From NCBI RefSeq assembly GCF_006345805.1, contig NC_043003.1, positions 66,960,001 to 67,024,000 of the forward strand: a DNA stretch of 64,000 nucleotides, written 5' to 3'. The DNA comes from Octopus sinensis. Its lineage: Eukaryota. The stretch's first letter is position 1. Each line of letters begins with the position of its first letter. Of this stretch, positions 1 through 12,110 are shown in pieces. Under the pieces are notes generated by a model that saw nothing but the letters and a program-made list of their open reading frames with translations, did no database searches and was not told the origin of the DNA. Position numbers and translations under genes: made by a program.

Positions 1-259
1 AACTAGCGACAGTTGCGAGAAGACAAACACAAATATACATTCATAAATAGACATATACCACAGGAGGTGGTTGTGTGGTAGGTTGTCTGCTTTCCAACCA
101 CAGGGTTCTTGGTTCAGTTCAAGTGCCTGGCTCTTTGGACAAGTGTCTTTTACTATAACCTCGGGCCGACCAAAGCCTTGTGAGTGGATTTGGCAGTCGA
201 AGACTGAAAGAAGCTAGTCGTAAATACATATATACATGTGTGTGTGTGTGTATGTGTGT

Positions 260-292
<33 letters not shown>

Positions 293-785
293 TGTGTGTG
301 TGTCTATGGCCCTCACTGTCGCTTGACAATCGATATCGGTGTGTTATGTCTCCGTAACCTAGCGGTTCGGCAAAAGAGACCGAGAGAGTAAGTAGTAGGC
401 TTACAAAGAATAAGTACTGGGGTCGATTTGTTTGACTAAAGGCGGTGCCCCAGCATGGCACAATCAAATGTCTGAAACCAATAAAAGAGTAAACTGTTAA
501 GTTACGGGTCCCGTCAGAAAAAAAAAAAACTAGCGACAGTTGCGAGAAGACAAACACAAATATACATTCATAATAGACATATACCACAGGAGGTGGTTGT
601 GTGGTAGGTTGTCTGCTTTCCAACCACAGGGTTCTTGGTTCAGTTCAAGTGCCTGGCTCTTTGGACAAGTGTCTTTTACTATAACCTCGGGCCGACCAAA
701 GCCTTGTGAGTGGATTTGGCAGTCGAAGACTGAAAGAAGCTAGTCGTAAATACATATATACATGTGTGTGTGTGTGTATGTGTGT

Positions 786-818
<33 letters not shown>

Positions 819-903
819 TGTGTGTGTGTCTATGGCCCTCACTGTCGCTTGACAATCGATATCGGTGTGTTTATGTCTCCGTAACCTAGCGGTTCGGCAA
901 AAG
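1..903 (+). repeat. Near-identical tandem duplication, period about 527 bp (1-376 matches 528-903)
   Basis: Direct comparison shows the two copies differ only by two 1-nt indels; identity stops after CGGCAAAAG (376 and 903). Duplicate ORFs 119..316 and 645..842 confirm the period. Confidence 0.9.
57..492 (+). mobile_element. SINE family 1 (tRNA-like head, CORE-like CCTTGGGCAAGTGTC segment, internal (TA)/(TG) microsatellite, TAAAAGAG-type tail); second copy about 585-1020
   Basis: A-box/B-box-like head (GGTTGTGTGGT...GGTTCAGT), shared body GGCCGACCAAAGCCTTGTGAGTGGATTTGG, 3' half GATAGAATAAGTACTAGGC...CCAGCATGGCCGCAGTCAAATGACTGAAAC recurring many times in the window. Confidence 0.85.
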
Positions 904-1957
904 TGCTCGATAGAATAAGTACTAGGCTTATAGATAATAATTGCAGGGAGTCGATTTGTTCGACTAAAGGCGGTGCTCCAGCAGGGCTACAGCCAAATTA
1001 CTGAAACAAGTAAAAGAAAATGCATACAAATATATATTTAAACACATACACGCACACATACAGACAAACGTATATACACATCTATATGTATAGAGTGTTT
1101 GAAGTCTTGTACAAACATAGTATATTAAGGAAATGGAGGCAGTCACAAATTTGGATAATTCTTTATTAGCTCTTTCGTTCGTTTAACCGAACTCTACGAG
1201 AGAAATTAAAACCAAGTGTGGAGGAGTTGCGATAAACGAACGAAAGTGCTAATAAAAAAATTATCCAGAATTCTGATTGCCTCTTTTTTCTTAATACACA
1301 CGCAGGTACACACAAATATACATATATACAACGAGCCTTCCACACAGTTTCCCCTTAACCAAATTCAATCACAAGGTGTTTGCCGAAGTAGGGGTATAGT
1401 AGAAGACACCAAAGATGCTGCGCCATGAGATCGAAACGGAAACAATGGGGGTTGCAAATCGAATTTCTTAAGCACACAATCGGGCATGCGAGGCGAGCTT
1501 AGTAAGTTTTACTCATTCCCAGATACGAGATGATATGAACTGAAAGCCCGTGTAGTCAAAATACCATGCAAAACGCTTAGCTACTCTTTCTGTGTTTGAG
1601 AATACAATAGAGAAAACGAAACATATGGCGCGGAAATTGTGCTTCCTTTATTTCTTATTCAGCTCTTCTTATGTGTAGAACAACTGTGGAGTTATGTAGA
1701 AGTCTGTCACCGGGAAAACGGATGGGAGGGCCATATTTTCATTGTCGGTATTTTAACAACAAACTCAGCTTTCAGTTACGAGACATTGGCAGGGAGAACC
1801 GCTCCGCGGGAGATTGTTGTTTTCAGTTCCTCTGTTCTTCTTTAGTGTCAGCTTACCAATGTTTTTAATATTATTATTTTTTTTTTATCTCCTTATCTTT
1901 TTGATCGTTCAGAATAGCTGTTCTGTAAATTTACTTGAAGAAAGGACTATTGTATTT

Positions 1958-2260
<303 letters not shown>

Positions 2261-2590
2261 CACACACGCACATACAAACATTTATATACTCTTATCTGCC
2301 TGCCTCTATGTATATTTATGTATATGTAGCTTATTCTCTGGGTATGAATATAACTTCCTCTTGCACTCTTTGCTTCTTTGTAGATACCACACTCGCACGT
2401 GCACCCGCACACACGCACACACACGCACACAACACACACATACACGTAAATATACTTCCGTACACATTTAAGTATACATGTATATATGTTATTTTGTGTA
2501 CGTGAGTATATGCAATCATGGATATATATACATACATGTGCATACAAACATATAGATATACATGTATATAATATTAAATAATGTATGTAT

Positions 2591-2633
<43 letters not shown>

Positions 2634-2655
2634 CATGATAATATATATGCATACA

Positions 2656-2699
<44 letters not shown>

Positions 2700-2748
2700 T
2701 ATATATATATATATACATAGCTATTTGTATATGTATGTATGTATATTG

Positions 2749-2780
<32 letters not shown>

Positions 2781-2989
2781 ATGTGTTTGTGTGTTTGTAA
2801 GGCAAAAATGGTCATAGTAAAATAACTTAGAGTTGTCAATGGCATACATTTGAATGATGACATATAAAGTTATAGTAAATAACATATAAAATAAATTCTT
2901 GCTTGACTGAAATTCTCTCTGTTTCTAGAGATATTAGAGTGCTTACTAGACTGCTGCTCCATATACTAAAGGAAGAGAATTAGGTTAAA

Positions 2990-3465
2990 TCAAGTGATCC
3001 TGGGGGGGGCAAAATCCCTTCGAAATAATCCGTTCACCGAAAAAGTCTTGAATTTAGCGCCATGGTGATGCGCGAAGTATGCGCTCTGGCTCCATCTTGC
3101 TGAAAGTATGCATTATTAATTTCCCTTTAAGGCGGCGAGCTGGCAGAACCGTTAGCACGCCGGGCGAAATGCTTAGCGGTATTTCGTCTGCCGTTACGTT
3201 CTGAGTTCAAATTCCGCCGAGGTCGACTTTGCCTTTCATCCTTTCGGGGTCGATAAATTAAGTACCAGTTATGCACTGGGGTCGATATAATCGATTTAAT
3301 CCGTTTGTCTGTCCTTGTTTGTCCCCTCTGTGTTTAGCCCCTTGTGGGTAGTAAAGAAATAATTATTAATTTCCCTTTCAGCTGACACACGACCGCCCAC
3401 GCATTGATAGCCAAGTTGCGCATGCGCAGGGTGAGAAAATTTACTTGCGGAACATCCTGTACTTA
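2990..3465 (-). mobile_element. Tc1/mariner (rosa/maT-like) remnant interrupted by a SINE
   Basis: Matches 4480-4700 (QQDGA..H region, ATAGCCAAGTTGCGCATGCGCA, terminal ACATCCTGTA); split at 3128/3362 by the SINE. Confidence 0.8.
3129..3361 (+). mobile_element. SINE family 2, full-length young copy with 17-bp target-site duplication
   Basis: Head GGCGGCGAGCTGGCAG, B-box GTTCAAATTCC, body GTCGACTTTGCCTTTCATCCTTTCGGGGTCGATAAATTAAGTACCAG; TSD ATTATTAATTTCCCTTT at 3112-3128 and 3362-3378. Confidence 0.92.
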
Positions 3466-3863
3466 AAAAGAGTTAAGAATTTTCAAAATATTGACATTCG
3501 GATGCAAGAAAACAAGAACCCAACTGGACACCCTACATACATACATACATACATACATACATACATACATACATGCATGCATATATAGGCAGGAAACTCT
3601 AGTTGTCGCCCATCCTCTGCGTTCTCTGTTTTAACAAATTTTGCTAGGGTTTATACTGTTATTTAAAAGCGCAAAGAAATAAATTGGACAGTGAAGTGAT
3701 TTCATGTTCAGACTGACATATCATGCACCACACACTTAAACGCTACACGTTACCATGTTCGGCGTGTTTCACAACTCGTTAGGAGACTTGATATCGTAAA
3801 TAGATCTATGAGTTAATGGTAAGTTTATCGGCCACTCGGCTGAGTGCGACAGAACTGCTAGAT

Positions 3864-4033
3864 CAGTGGTTCTCAACCAGGGTTCATATGGCCCCTGAAT
3901 GTCCATGTAGGGTTTTGAGGCGTCCACGCAAGAAAATAGTAAATTGGAGACCTACAATAGTATATTAAGGGCCGGTGAATGAAATAGGAATCAACGGGGT
4001 CCAGAGATTAAAAGAAATGATTGAGAACGCCTG
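3864..4033. mobile_element. hAT/Charlie-type MITE
   Basis: Left end CAGTGGTTCTCAACC, right end degenerate GATTGAGAACGCCTG; another left end at about 17410. Confidence 0.65.
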
Positions 4034-4169
4034 ACAATGATAAGCACAGCAATTTTCTAAGACGTCGATCGACAGGCAAGAAGTAACAGCCACATACGTT
4101 CCTTGTCATATTCTATTATTTACAAAATGCAAGAGTGTACTTGGATACTGTAATCCTACAAACATCATT

Positions 4170-4700
4170 CAGGATGCTCGAAACGTCTCTCCGCAGTAAG
4201 TATTTTATTGCACAATAAATATTTATAAGACGGTATAAGACAATAAAAGAATATATTAGACTTTACAAGACTTTAAAAAACTTTATAAGAGGTGTTGAAA
4301 GTATCGTCTTTCATTTTCAACATATTAGCTGAATCTTCTACATGTTTTGAAATACATATTGGAGAGTCTGAGGCAGTATGGACCGTGCGAAGATTATCAT
4401 TGCGTATTTTAGCTCATTAATGGTTTTCGGGTGACTCTTGTACCCCAGACAAAAAAGTATGGTGGTGTTAAATCAGGTGATCTTGGTGGCCAAAAACCTC
4501 TCGAAATAATCCTTTCATCAAAAATCTCTTGAATTAGCGCCATGGTGATATGCGAAGTATGTGTGGTAGCTCCATCTTGCTGAAAGTATGCATTGTTAAT
4601 TTCAATTTCAGCTGACACCCGGCCGCCAACTCGGAGATAGCCAAGTTGCGCATGCGCAAGAAGAAAAGATTCACTGTAGAGAGACTTTTTGAACACCCTG
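4170..4700 (-). mobile_element. Internally deleted Tc1/mariner element (rosa/maT-like transposase fragment, D-38-D/Y spacing)
   Basis: Imperfect about 30-bp TIRs (CAGGATGCTCGAAACGTCTCTCCGCAGT / ACTGTAGAGAGACTTTTTGAACACCCTG, followed by TA); minus ORF 4409..4696 contains FQQDGATTH...ERIISRGFWPPRSPDLTPPYFFVWG. Confidence 0.88.
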
Positions 4701-5842
4701 TACTTATAAAGAAAGAAATCTTTATAGTCACTATAAAATTACTTTCGATTACATGTCTACTAAATCAAGGCTTAATTCTTCTAAACAAGAACATCGTCAT
4801 CATCAACAGCAAGAACAACAACAATGAATGTTACATTTTTCGGATTTCCTATAAAAAAGGGGGTGGGGAATGACTAGCAGAATTAAGAATTTACCATTTG
4901 GTATTCTAGATCGAAATCGGCAACTGTTTTCTGTAACTTTGGTTATAAGTTCAAGTTTTAACAAGAAGATTTGCAGCCAAGCAGACTGAGCTGTGATTTT
5001 ATTTTGAATTTAGATTTTATATCGTTTTGTTATTCTTGTTCGACCCAATATCACCTCTGGTTGAATAGACTCTGATAAAAGGAATCTGAGACCAAACAAA
5101 TTTCAGTTTTGATCATCCAATTTTGTCTTATACACTGGGATCTCAAAATCACATCTACCAGCATGATATCATTTTAAGTGATAGCACATGACATGAGAGC
5201 GATTTGACTTCTATTTCTAGGTTACTGAATGATCACGTTGAGGCTTCCCTCATTGACTCGAAATTTAAAGTTGAAAAATCGGAGAGAAATATAGCGTGAG
5301 TACATCTGAATTCTTTACACTAGTTCATATTTTCATTGCGAGGAATATAAAAAAAATAACCGTAAGCGTATTCATATTACAGAGTCAGATTAACTAATAA
5401 TGCTGTCTTGTGGGCCGATAATTAGTGATTAATTAATAACGTTGCGGACGAATGCTAGACAGGAAAATTTGTCTGGTTATTTTGAGTGTGTGCTAGTTAA
5501 TGATTAATTAAATAGCTATTAAGCTATAGCGATTGCAGCTTGGATGACAAATTACCATTCAAAAACACACAAAGACCGTTAACAACACTTTGCTATGCAA
5601 CTGCGTATCCGTATTTCTGAATAGAAACTGAGGGTAGGTACCCTTTAACATATGAACAACAAGTCGTGAAACAGGTGTATAGCTTTTTCCGTTTATTTTT
5701 CTGAATATCAACAACACTAATTCGAGGTAGTTGTATTACTTAAAAACTATAGTTATATGTCAAGATTAATTTTGTCTCTCTAAATTACTCTCTTACACAC
5801 GTATATTTACACACACAGACACACACACACACACACACACCA

Positions 5843-5895
<53 letters not shown>

Positions 5896-6530
5896 AAAGA
5901 AAAGTCACTATATGCGACGGTAATCTCACCAGGATAGCCCCTTTCCTGAACAGGAAATCTGAATACACATACAGCACGAACTCCGCACACAGAAGAAATA
6001 CGCCCCAATGACGAACTACTTCAGCATACACGTATAAGAACACCATTCCCAAAACAAAAACAAAATAATGCGAACAAATTGGCCACACAGAAATTTACCC
6101 GAAACACAGATCCAAGGGAGACAAATATTCAAATGATGCCACGCAAGTATAACGAGCATTCATTCATTGATTCATTGTTTTATTCACGTGAATTCACGAG
6201 AATATCCGCGAACTAAACGAGGTTTTTACCAAAATGGAGACGAACACCTTTCCCGATGTGATTGACTTGCAAAATAGTTAAGACACCAGGATATTTTCCT
6301 CCTTTTTTTTAAACATGAAACCAATGGTAGCCTTAATTCACAAGTAAAGAAATTATATCCACCAATGCACTCATTTTGTGCACATGTATGTATATATATC
6401 ATTTTGTGCACTCATTTTCATCGTTCGACATATATTTCGTTTTTGTATAGGCTGTTATGTAGACGTATATATATGTATGTGTATATATATAATACATATA
6501 TATACATATATATATAATATTTATATATTG

Positions 6531-6574
<44 letters not shown>

Positions 6575-6729
6575 ATAATATGTATATGTATATATACATG
6601 TATGTTATGTATGTATATATGTAAACTTAGATAAACTTAGATATGTTTCGACCAAGATTGGTCCAGGCCATGTCTAATTTAATAGCACCACCTGATAGGA
6701 TTATTTGAATCCTGTTAAGTCAAGTTTTG

Positions 6730-7090
6730 TTCAAGTAGTGAGTTCTTGTTGGGTGAGTTGTATCCAATTATGGGTGGCTTATCTTGTATTCTTTGAAGGA
6801 ATCTATCCAGACTCTGTTTAAAGTTGATGGGATCCTTTTCCTCTTTGATCTCCCTCGGAACATGTTAAATAGGGCAGGGCCTGTTGAGGAAAAAAATTAT
6901 GTTGCAGTGTACATGTATGTTGTGATCTTGAATTGGGCAGGGGACGTATAGCCCGTGGTCCAAGTCTTGGATGGGCCTTGAAGCTAATGTTTAGTCGTTT
7001 GGGCCAATTTGCGGTATATTTTCCGCATCGTACAAATGGATTACCGCTCACGGCGACGCTGGGGGGAGTAAAGTTTCAAGCCTTTAAGGC
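6730..7090 (-). mobile_element. CR1/L2-group LINE ORF2 C-terminal fragment (degenerate)
   Basis: Hand translation with one frameshift: STGPALFNM.PREIKEEKDPINFKQSLDRFLQRIQDKPPIIGYNSPNKNSLLE, matching the GPxLFNxLP...FKxxLDxFL..IPDxP terminal motif of CR1-like LINEs. Confidence 0.7.
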
Positions 7091-7518
7091 GATCCCAATA
7101 ATCTATGTATATATATGCCATATATATGTAGTATATATATATAGATATATATATATATATATTATATATATATTATATATATATATATTATATATTATAT
7201 ATATATATATATGTATGTATATGTATTATATAAATATGTTTGGTGTGTATATTATGTGTGTATGTGTCTGTGTGTGTAGGTAAATGGATATGTAAGTAAA
7301 TAGATAAACAGTTAGAGACATAGGTAATACGGACAGACAAGCACATACACACACATACAAACAAACACACAAACATGAACACACAACACATGAATGTGCA
7401 GTATACATACATACACACAAACGTACACACAGGCACATATATAATTATATATATAATATAATATATATTATATATATATTATATGCATACACACACAGAA
7501 CATACATGCATACACACA

Positions 7519-8721
7519 TACGAGGGGCGTTCAATAAGTAATGCCCCTGACCCACTTCCCATAGCAGTAGAGCAACGAAACTTGGCACAGTTATTAGTCT
7601 TTTTCTACATAGGAAGCATACAGAGTTACGCATTTCTCCCATCCTTTGATGCAGCTCTGAAGACTGATTTTGTAGAAGACCCAGCTTGGTCCTCCAACCA
7701 CGACGTGACTTCAGAAATCAAGGCTGCATCATCTGGGAAACGCTTTCCTTTCAAAAACAACTTCATGGCTGGGAAGAGGTGAAAATCAGAGGTGCAAGGT
7801 CAGGAGAGTAGGGGGATGGGGGAGGAGTTCATAGCCGCACGCCTGTGCTTCTGATCTGGTGACACGCGAGTTGTGGACCGGGGCGTTGTCCTGCAGGAGG
7901 AGGATGCCTTTGCTGATCTTGCTCCGCCTCTTGATTTTGATAGCTTGTCTTAATTTCCTCAAAAGTGAAGCATAATAGGCTCCTGCAATTGTGGTACCCT
8001 TTGCCAGGAAATCTGTCATCACTACTCCGTCCTGTTCCCCAAAAACTGTGAGCATGACTTTGCCAGCGGAGGGTTGCACCCTTGCCTTCTTTGGAGGAGA
8101 TGAGTCACGGTGCTTCCACTGCATTGACTGGGCTTTGGTCTCTGGATCATAGTAATGGACCCAGGTTTCATCCTGTGTAATCAATTTTTTTGAAAAATTT
8201 GGACTCATCTTCTTGGCACATCTCCAAATTCATCCTCGAGCACACAACGCGTTCTTGCTTCTGGAAAGGTGTGAGCAACCTGGGAATCCATCTGGCAGAC
8301 ACCTTTTGCATATGCAAATGGTCATGAATGATAGTTTCCACAGACCCGGTACTAATCTTGACCTCATGGGCTATTTGGCAATAGTTATGCGTCGATCTTC
8401 CAAAATGGCAGCCTCAACTTGACGGACAGATGCCTCATCAATGACAGAAGGAGGGCGACCAGATCTGGAAGCTGTTTCCACAGAGTTCCGACCATATTTG
8501 AATTCACGATGCCAGCGCTTTACAAGGTCATATGATGGGGCATCATCACCATAAGTTACTTTCATTTCATCAAAAGTCTCCCGTGGTGTGCCTTCTTTCA
8601 AATACAAAAACCGGATTGCCACTTAATCTATAGAGATATAAATAATTGCACATGAAAAATTTCAGCTAGATCAAACATCTGCAAGTGGGTCAGGGGCATT
8701 ACTTATTGAACGTCCCTCGTA
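7519..8721 (-). mobile_element. Mariner transposon (irritans/Himar-like), about 1.2 kb with TIRs and TA duplication
   Basis: TIRs CGAGGGGCGTTCAATAAGTAATGCCCCTGACCCACTT (7521-) and its reverse complement ending 8719 with one mismatch; TA on both sides. Confidence 0.95.
7594..8625 (-). pseudogene. Mariner DD34D transposase, frameshifted and lacking a start
   Basis: Joined frames give HTH region, SGRP, ARWIPRLL, TQDETW, QDNAPVH, YSPDLA.SDFHLFP, WEKCV..YVEKD*; five 1-nt indels; stop immediately upstream of the first recognisable codon. Confidence 0.9.
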
Positions 8722-8952
8722 TGAATGCATACATACTTATGTGTGTACACATGTACACTGAAGCACACACATGCGCACAAACAACGGACATAGTCAACAG
8801 CTATAGAAAATTTTGCCAGACGCAAATATAATTTTAGAGAAAAATAAATAAGTAAATGAGCGAAATCGAACGAAGAGTGTGTTAAATAATGTCACTAAAA
8901 TGGAATGACTCTCCCAGGCACAGTATATATATACATACTATATTATATATAT

Positions 8953-8999
<47 letters not shown>

Positions 9000-9309
9000 A
9001 TATTATATTATATATATATATATACATATATATATATTATACGTATATACATATGGTATATATATATGTATGTTATATATATATGTATATATATATGATA
9101 TATACACATGTATATCGCTCTCATATATAAGACAGAGAGAGAGAGAGAGAGGAGAGAGATACATACAAATGCACACTCACACTCGCACAATCACCTACAC
9201 ATTTACACATGCGTACTCCTCATATGAACAACACCTGTCATTCATAATCGAATACAGCTTAGTAGCATGTATAACTCCTCCGCTATTTGGATTAGGCGTC
9301 TGTGTACTT

Positions 9310-11085
9310 GTTTATCTCTTTCGGGACTCCTCTTTGATCTCTTTCGGCACCCCCCACCTTTGATCTCTGTCGGCACCACCTTTGATCTCTGTCGGCATCC
9401 CCTTTGATCTCTTTCGGCACCCTCTTTGATCTATGTCGGCACCCCCTTTGATCTCTGTCGGCCCCCCTTTGATCTCTGTCGGCACCCTTTTTGATCTTTG
9501 TCGGCACCCCCTTTGATCTATGTCGGCACCCTCTATGATCTCTGTCGGCCCCCCCCCTTTGATCTCTGTCGGCACCACCTTTGATCTCTGTCGGCCCCCC
9601 TTTGATCTCTGTCGGCACCCCCTTTGATCTATGTCGGCACACTCTTTGATCTCTGTCGGCACCCTTTTTTATCTCTGTCGGCATCCCCTTTGATCTCTGT
9701 CGGCCCCCCTTTGATCTCTGTCGGCACCCCCTTTGATCTATGTCGGCACCCTCTTTGATCTCTGTCGGCTCCCCTTTGATCTCTGTCGGCACATGCTGTT
9801 TGATCTCTGTCGGCACCCCCTATGATCTCTGTCGGCCCCCCTTTGATCTCTGTCGGCACCCCCTTTGATCTATGTCGGCACCCTCTTGATCTATGTCGGC
9901 ACCACTTTGATCTCTGTCGGTACCCCTTGATCTCTGTCGGCACCTCTTTGATTATGTCGGCACCCTCTTTGATCTCTGTCGGCACCCCATTTGATCTCTG
10001 TCGGCACCCTCTTTGATCTCTGTCGGCCCCCTTTGATCTCTGTCGGCACCCTCTTTGATCTTGTCGGCACCCCTTTGTTTGATCTATGTCGGCACCCTCT
10101 TTGATCTCTGTCGGCTCCCCTTTGATCTCTGTCGGCACCCTCTTTGATCTCTGTCGGCACCCCCTTTGATCTCTGTCGGCCCCCCTTTGATCTCTGTCGG
10201 CACCCCCTTTGATCTATGTCGGCACCCTCTTTGATCTATGTCGGCACCCACTTTGATCTCTGTCGGTACCCCATTTGATCTCTGTCGGCACCCTCTTTGA
10301 TCTATGTCGGCACCCTCTTTGATCTCTGTCGGCACCCCATTTGATCTCTGTCGGCACCCTCTTTGATCTCTGTCGGCCCCCTTTGATCTCTGTCGGCACC
10401 CTCTTTGATCTTTGTCGGCACCCTCTTTGATCTCTGTCGGCACCCCCTTTGATCTCTTTCGGCCCACTTTTTTGATCTCTGTCGGCACCCCTTTGATCTC
10501 TGTCGGCACCCCTTTGATCTCTGTCGGCACCCCTTTCATCTATGTCGGCACCCTCTTTGATCTCTGTCGGCCCCCTTTGATCTCTGTCGGCACCCTCTTT
10601 GATCTCTGTCGGCCCCCTTTGATCTCTGTCGGCACCCTCTTTGATGTCTGTCGGCCCCCTTTGATCTCTGTCGGCACCCTCTTTGATTTATGTTGGCACC
10701 CTCTTTGATCTCTGCCCCCCTTTGATGTATGTCGGCACCCTCTTTGATCTATGTCGGTACCCTCTTTGATCTCTGCCCCCCCTTTGATGTCTGTCGGCAC
10801 CCTCTTTGATCTCTGTCGGCACCCCATTTGATCTCTGTCGGCACACTCTTTGATCTCTTTCGGCATCCCCTTTGATCTCTTTCGGCACCCCTTTGATCTC
10901 TGTCGGCACCCTCTTTGATCTCTTTCGGCACTCCCTTTGATCTATTTCGGCACCCTCTTTTATCGCTTTCGGCACCCTTTTTGATCTCTTTCGGCACCCT
11001 CTTTGATTTCTTTCGGGACTCCTCTTTGATTTCTTTCGGCACCCACTTTGATCTCTGTCAAGATCCTCTTTGATCTCTTTCGGCA
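9310..11085. repeat. Minisatellite, about 19-22-bp unit TTTGATCTCTGTCGGCACCC(C/T), about 1.8 kb
   Basis: Direct reading; contiguous units without unique spacers, variable C-run length. Confidence 0.97.
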
Positions 11086-11328
11086 GGGTTAGGGTTAGTG
11101 TTAGGGTTAAGGTACGCGTTAGGGTTAGGGTTAGATTTAGGGTTAGGTTTAGGCATAAGGTTAGGGTTAGGCTTAGTGTTATGATTAGGGTTTGGGTTAG
11201 GGTTAAGGGTTTGGGTTAGGGGTAGGGTTTGGGTTAGGGGTAGGGGTAGGGGTAGGGGTTAGGGGTTGGGGTTAGAGGCTAGGGTTAAGTTTAGGGTTAG
11301 GGTTGGGGGTTAGTGTTAGCGTCAGGTT
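11086..11328 (+). repeat. Degenerate interstitial telomere-like (TTAGGG)n tract
   Basis: GGGTTA hexamers with TTTGGG, GTAGGG, TTGGGG variants; G-rich on + strand. Confidence 0.9.
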
Positions 11329-11361
<33 letters not shown>

Positions 11362-11649
11362 ACACACAAATCCTCTCTCTCTCGGCTTTCCAACCTTTCT
11401 TTCAGCGAAACATCGGGGATGTGAAACCTGGAAGCAAAGATTGGTACACCAGCATTTAGCTGGTAATCATTATCAGCTCAGTCTACTGAAGCAACTCGAA
11501 ATTTAGTACTCTGCTAAAGAACACAACATACCTCCCATTCCTGTTAGCAAACCTATAAAGCTAGGATCATAGTCTCAATATCATAAACACTAAACCTATA
11601 CGCAAAATCAAGCACAAATGCACGCAAACCCTCAACACAGAACCGCACA

Positions 11650-11849
11650 CATTATTTTATTATCTTATGCGTTTCAGCCCCAAGGCTGTGGCCATGCTAG
11701 AGCACCACCAATGCAATCACCTTTTCAATGGCTAACCTTATGCGATTGGCCAATCGCATAAGGTTAGCCATTGAAAAGGTGATTGCATTGGTGGTGCTCT
11801 AGCATGGCCACAGCCTTGGGGCTGAAACGCATAAGATAATAAAATAATG
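11650..11849. repeat. Perfect 200-bp spacer-less palindrome (100-bp arms, centre 11749/11750)
   Basis: Arm-by-arm reverse-complement check shows no mismatch. Confidence 0.95.
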
Positions 11850-11869
11850 ACACTGCTTCCCTCTTTTAA

Positions 11870-12110
11870 GTTTCCTGCCGTCACATAGGTTGATCTGGAA
11901 ACCTGGAGAGCAGGAGTTCAAGTCGTTTCTAGAAATCATCTACCACTGCCGCATGGAGATTCCTCAGATGTTTTGGCAAGACGTTAAATAACTGTGGGCG
12001 CTTGAACTCCAAGCCATTGCAGTACATGGGCTTCACACTAAATGGGGACAGCTGGAACCTTTGCAACAGCGCAGTGATGTCCAGTTCGGCGCCTGGTATT
12101 TCTTTAAAAC
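11870..12110 (-). mobile_element. CR1/L2-group LINE ORF2 C-terminal fragment
   Basis: Hand translation: LEFKRPQLFNVLPKHLRNLHAAVVDDF*KRLELLLSRFPDQP. Confidence 0.72.

Noticed and set aside
3129-3230. tRNA genes at SINE heads
   Set aside because: A- and B-boxes are present, but there is no complete cloverleaf and each head runs into a SINE body.
9292-11042. Overlapping minus-strand ORFs (PTEIKG / ADRDQRG repeats) and a possible CRISPR reading of the array
   Set aside because: Open frames arise from a 19-22-bp tandem unit with frequent frame changes. Units are contiguous with no unique spacers, there are no cas genes, and the context is eukaryotic.
11086-11328. Functional telomere
   Set aside because: The tract is short, degenerate and followed by 52 kb of ordinary sequence.
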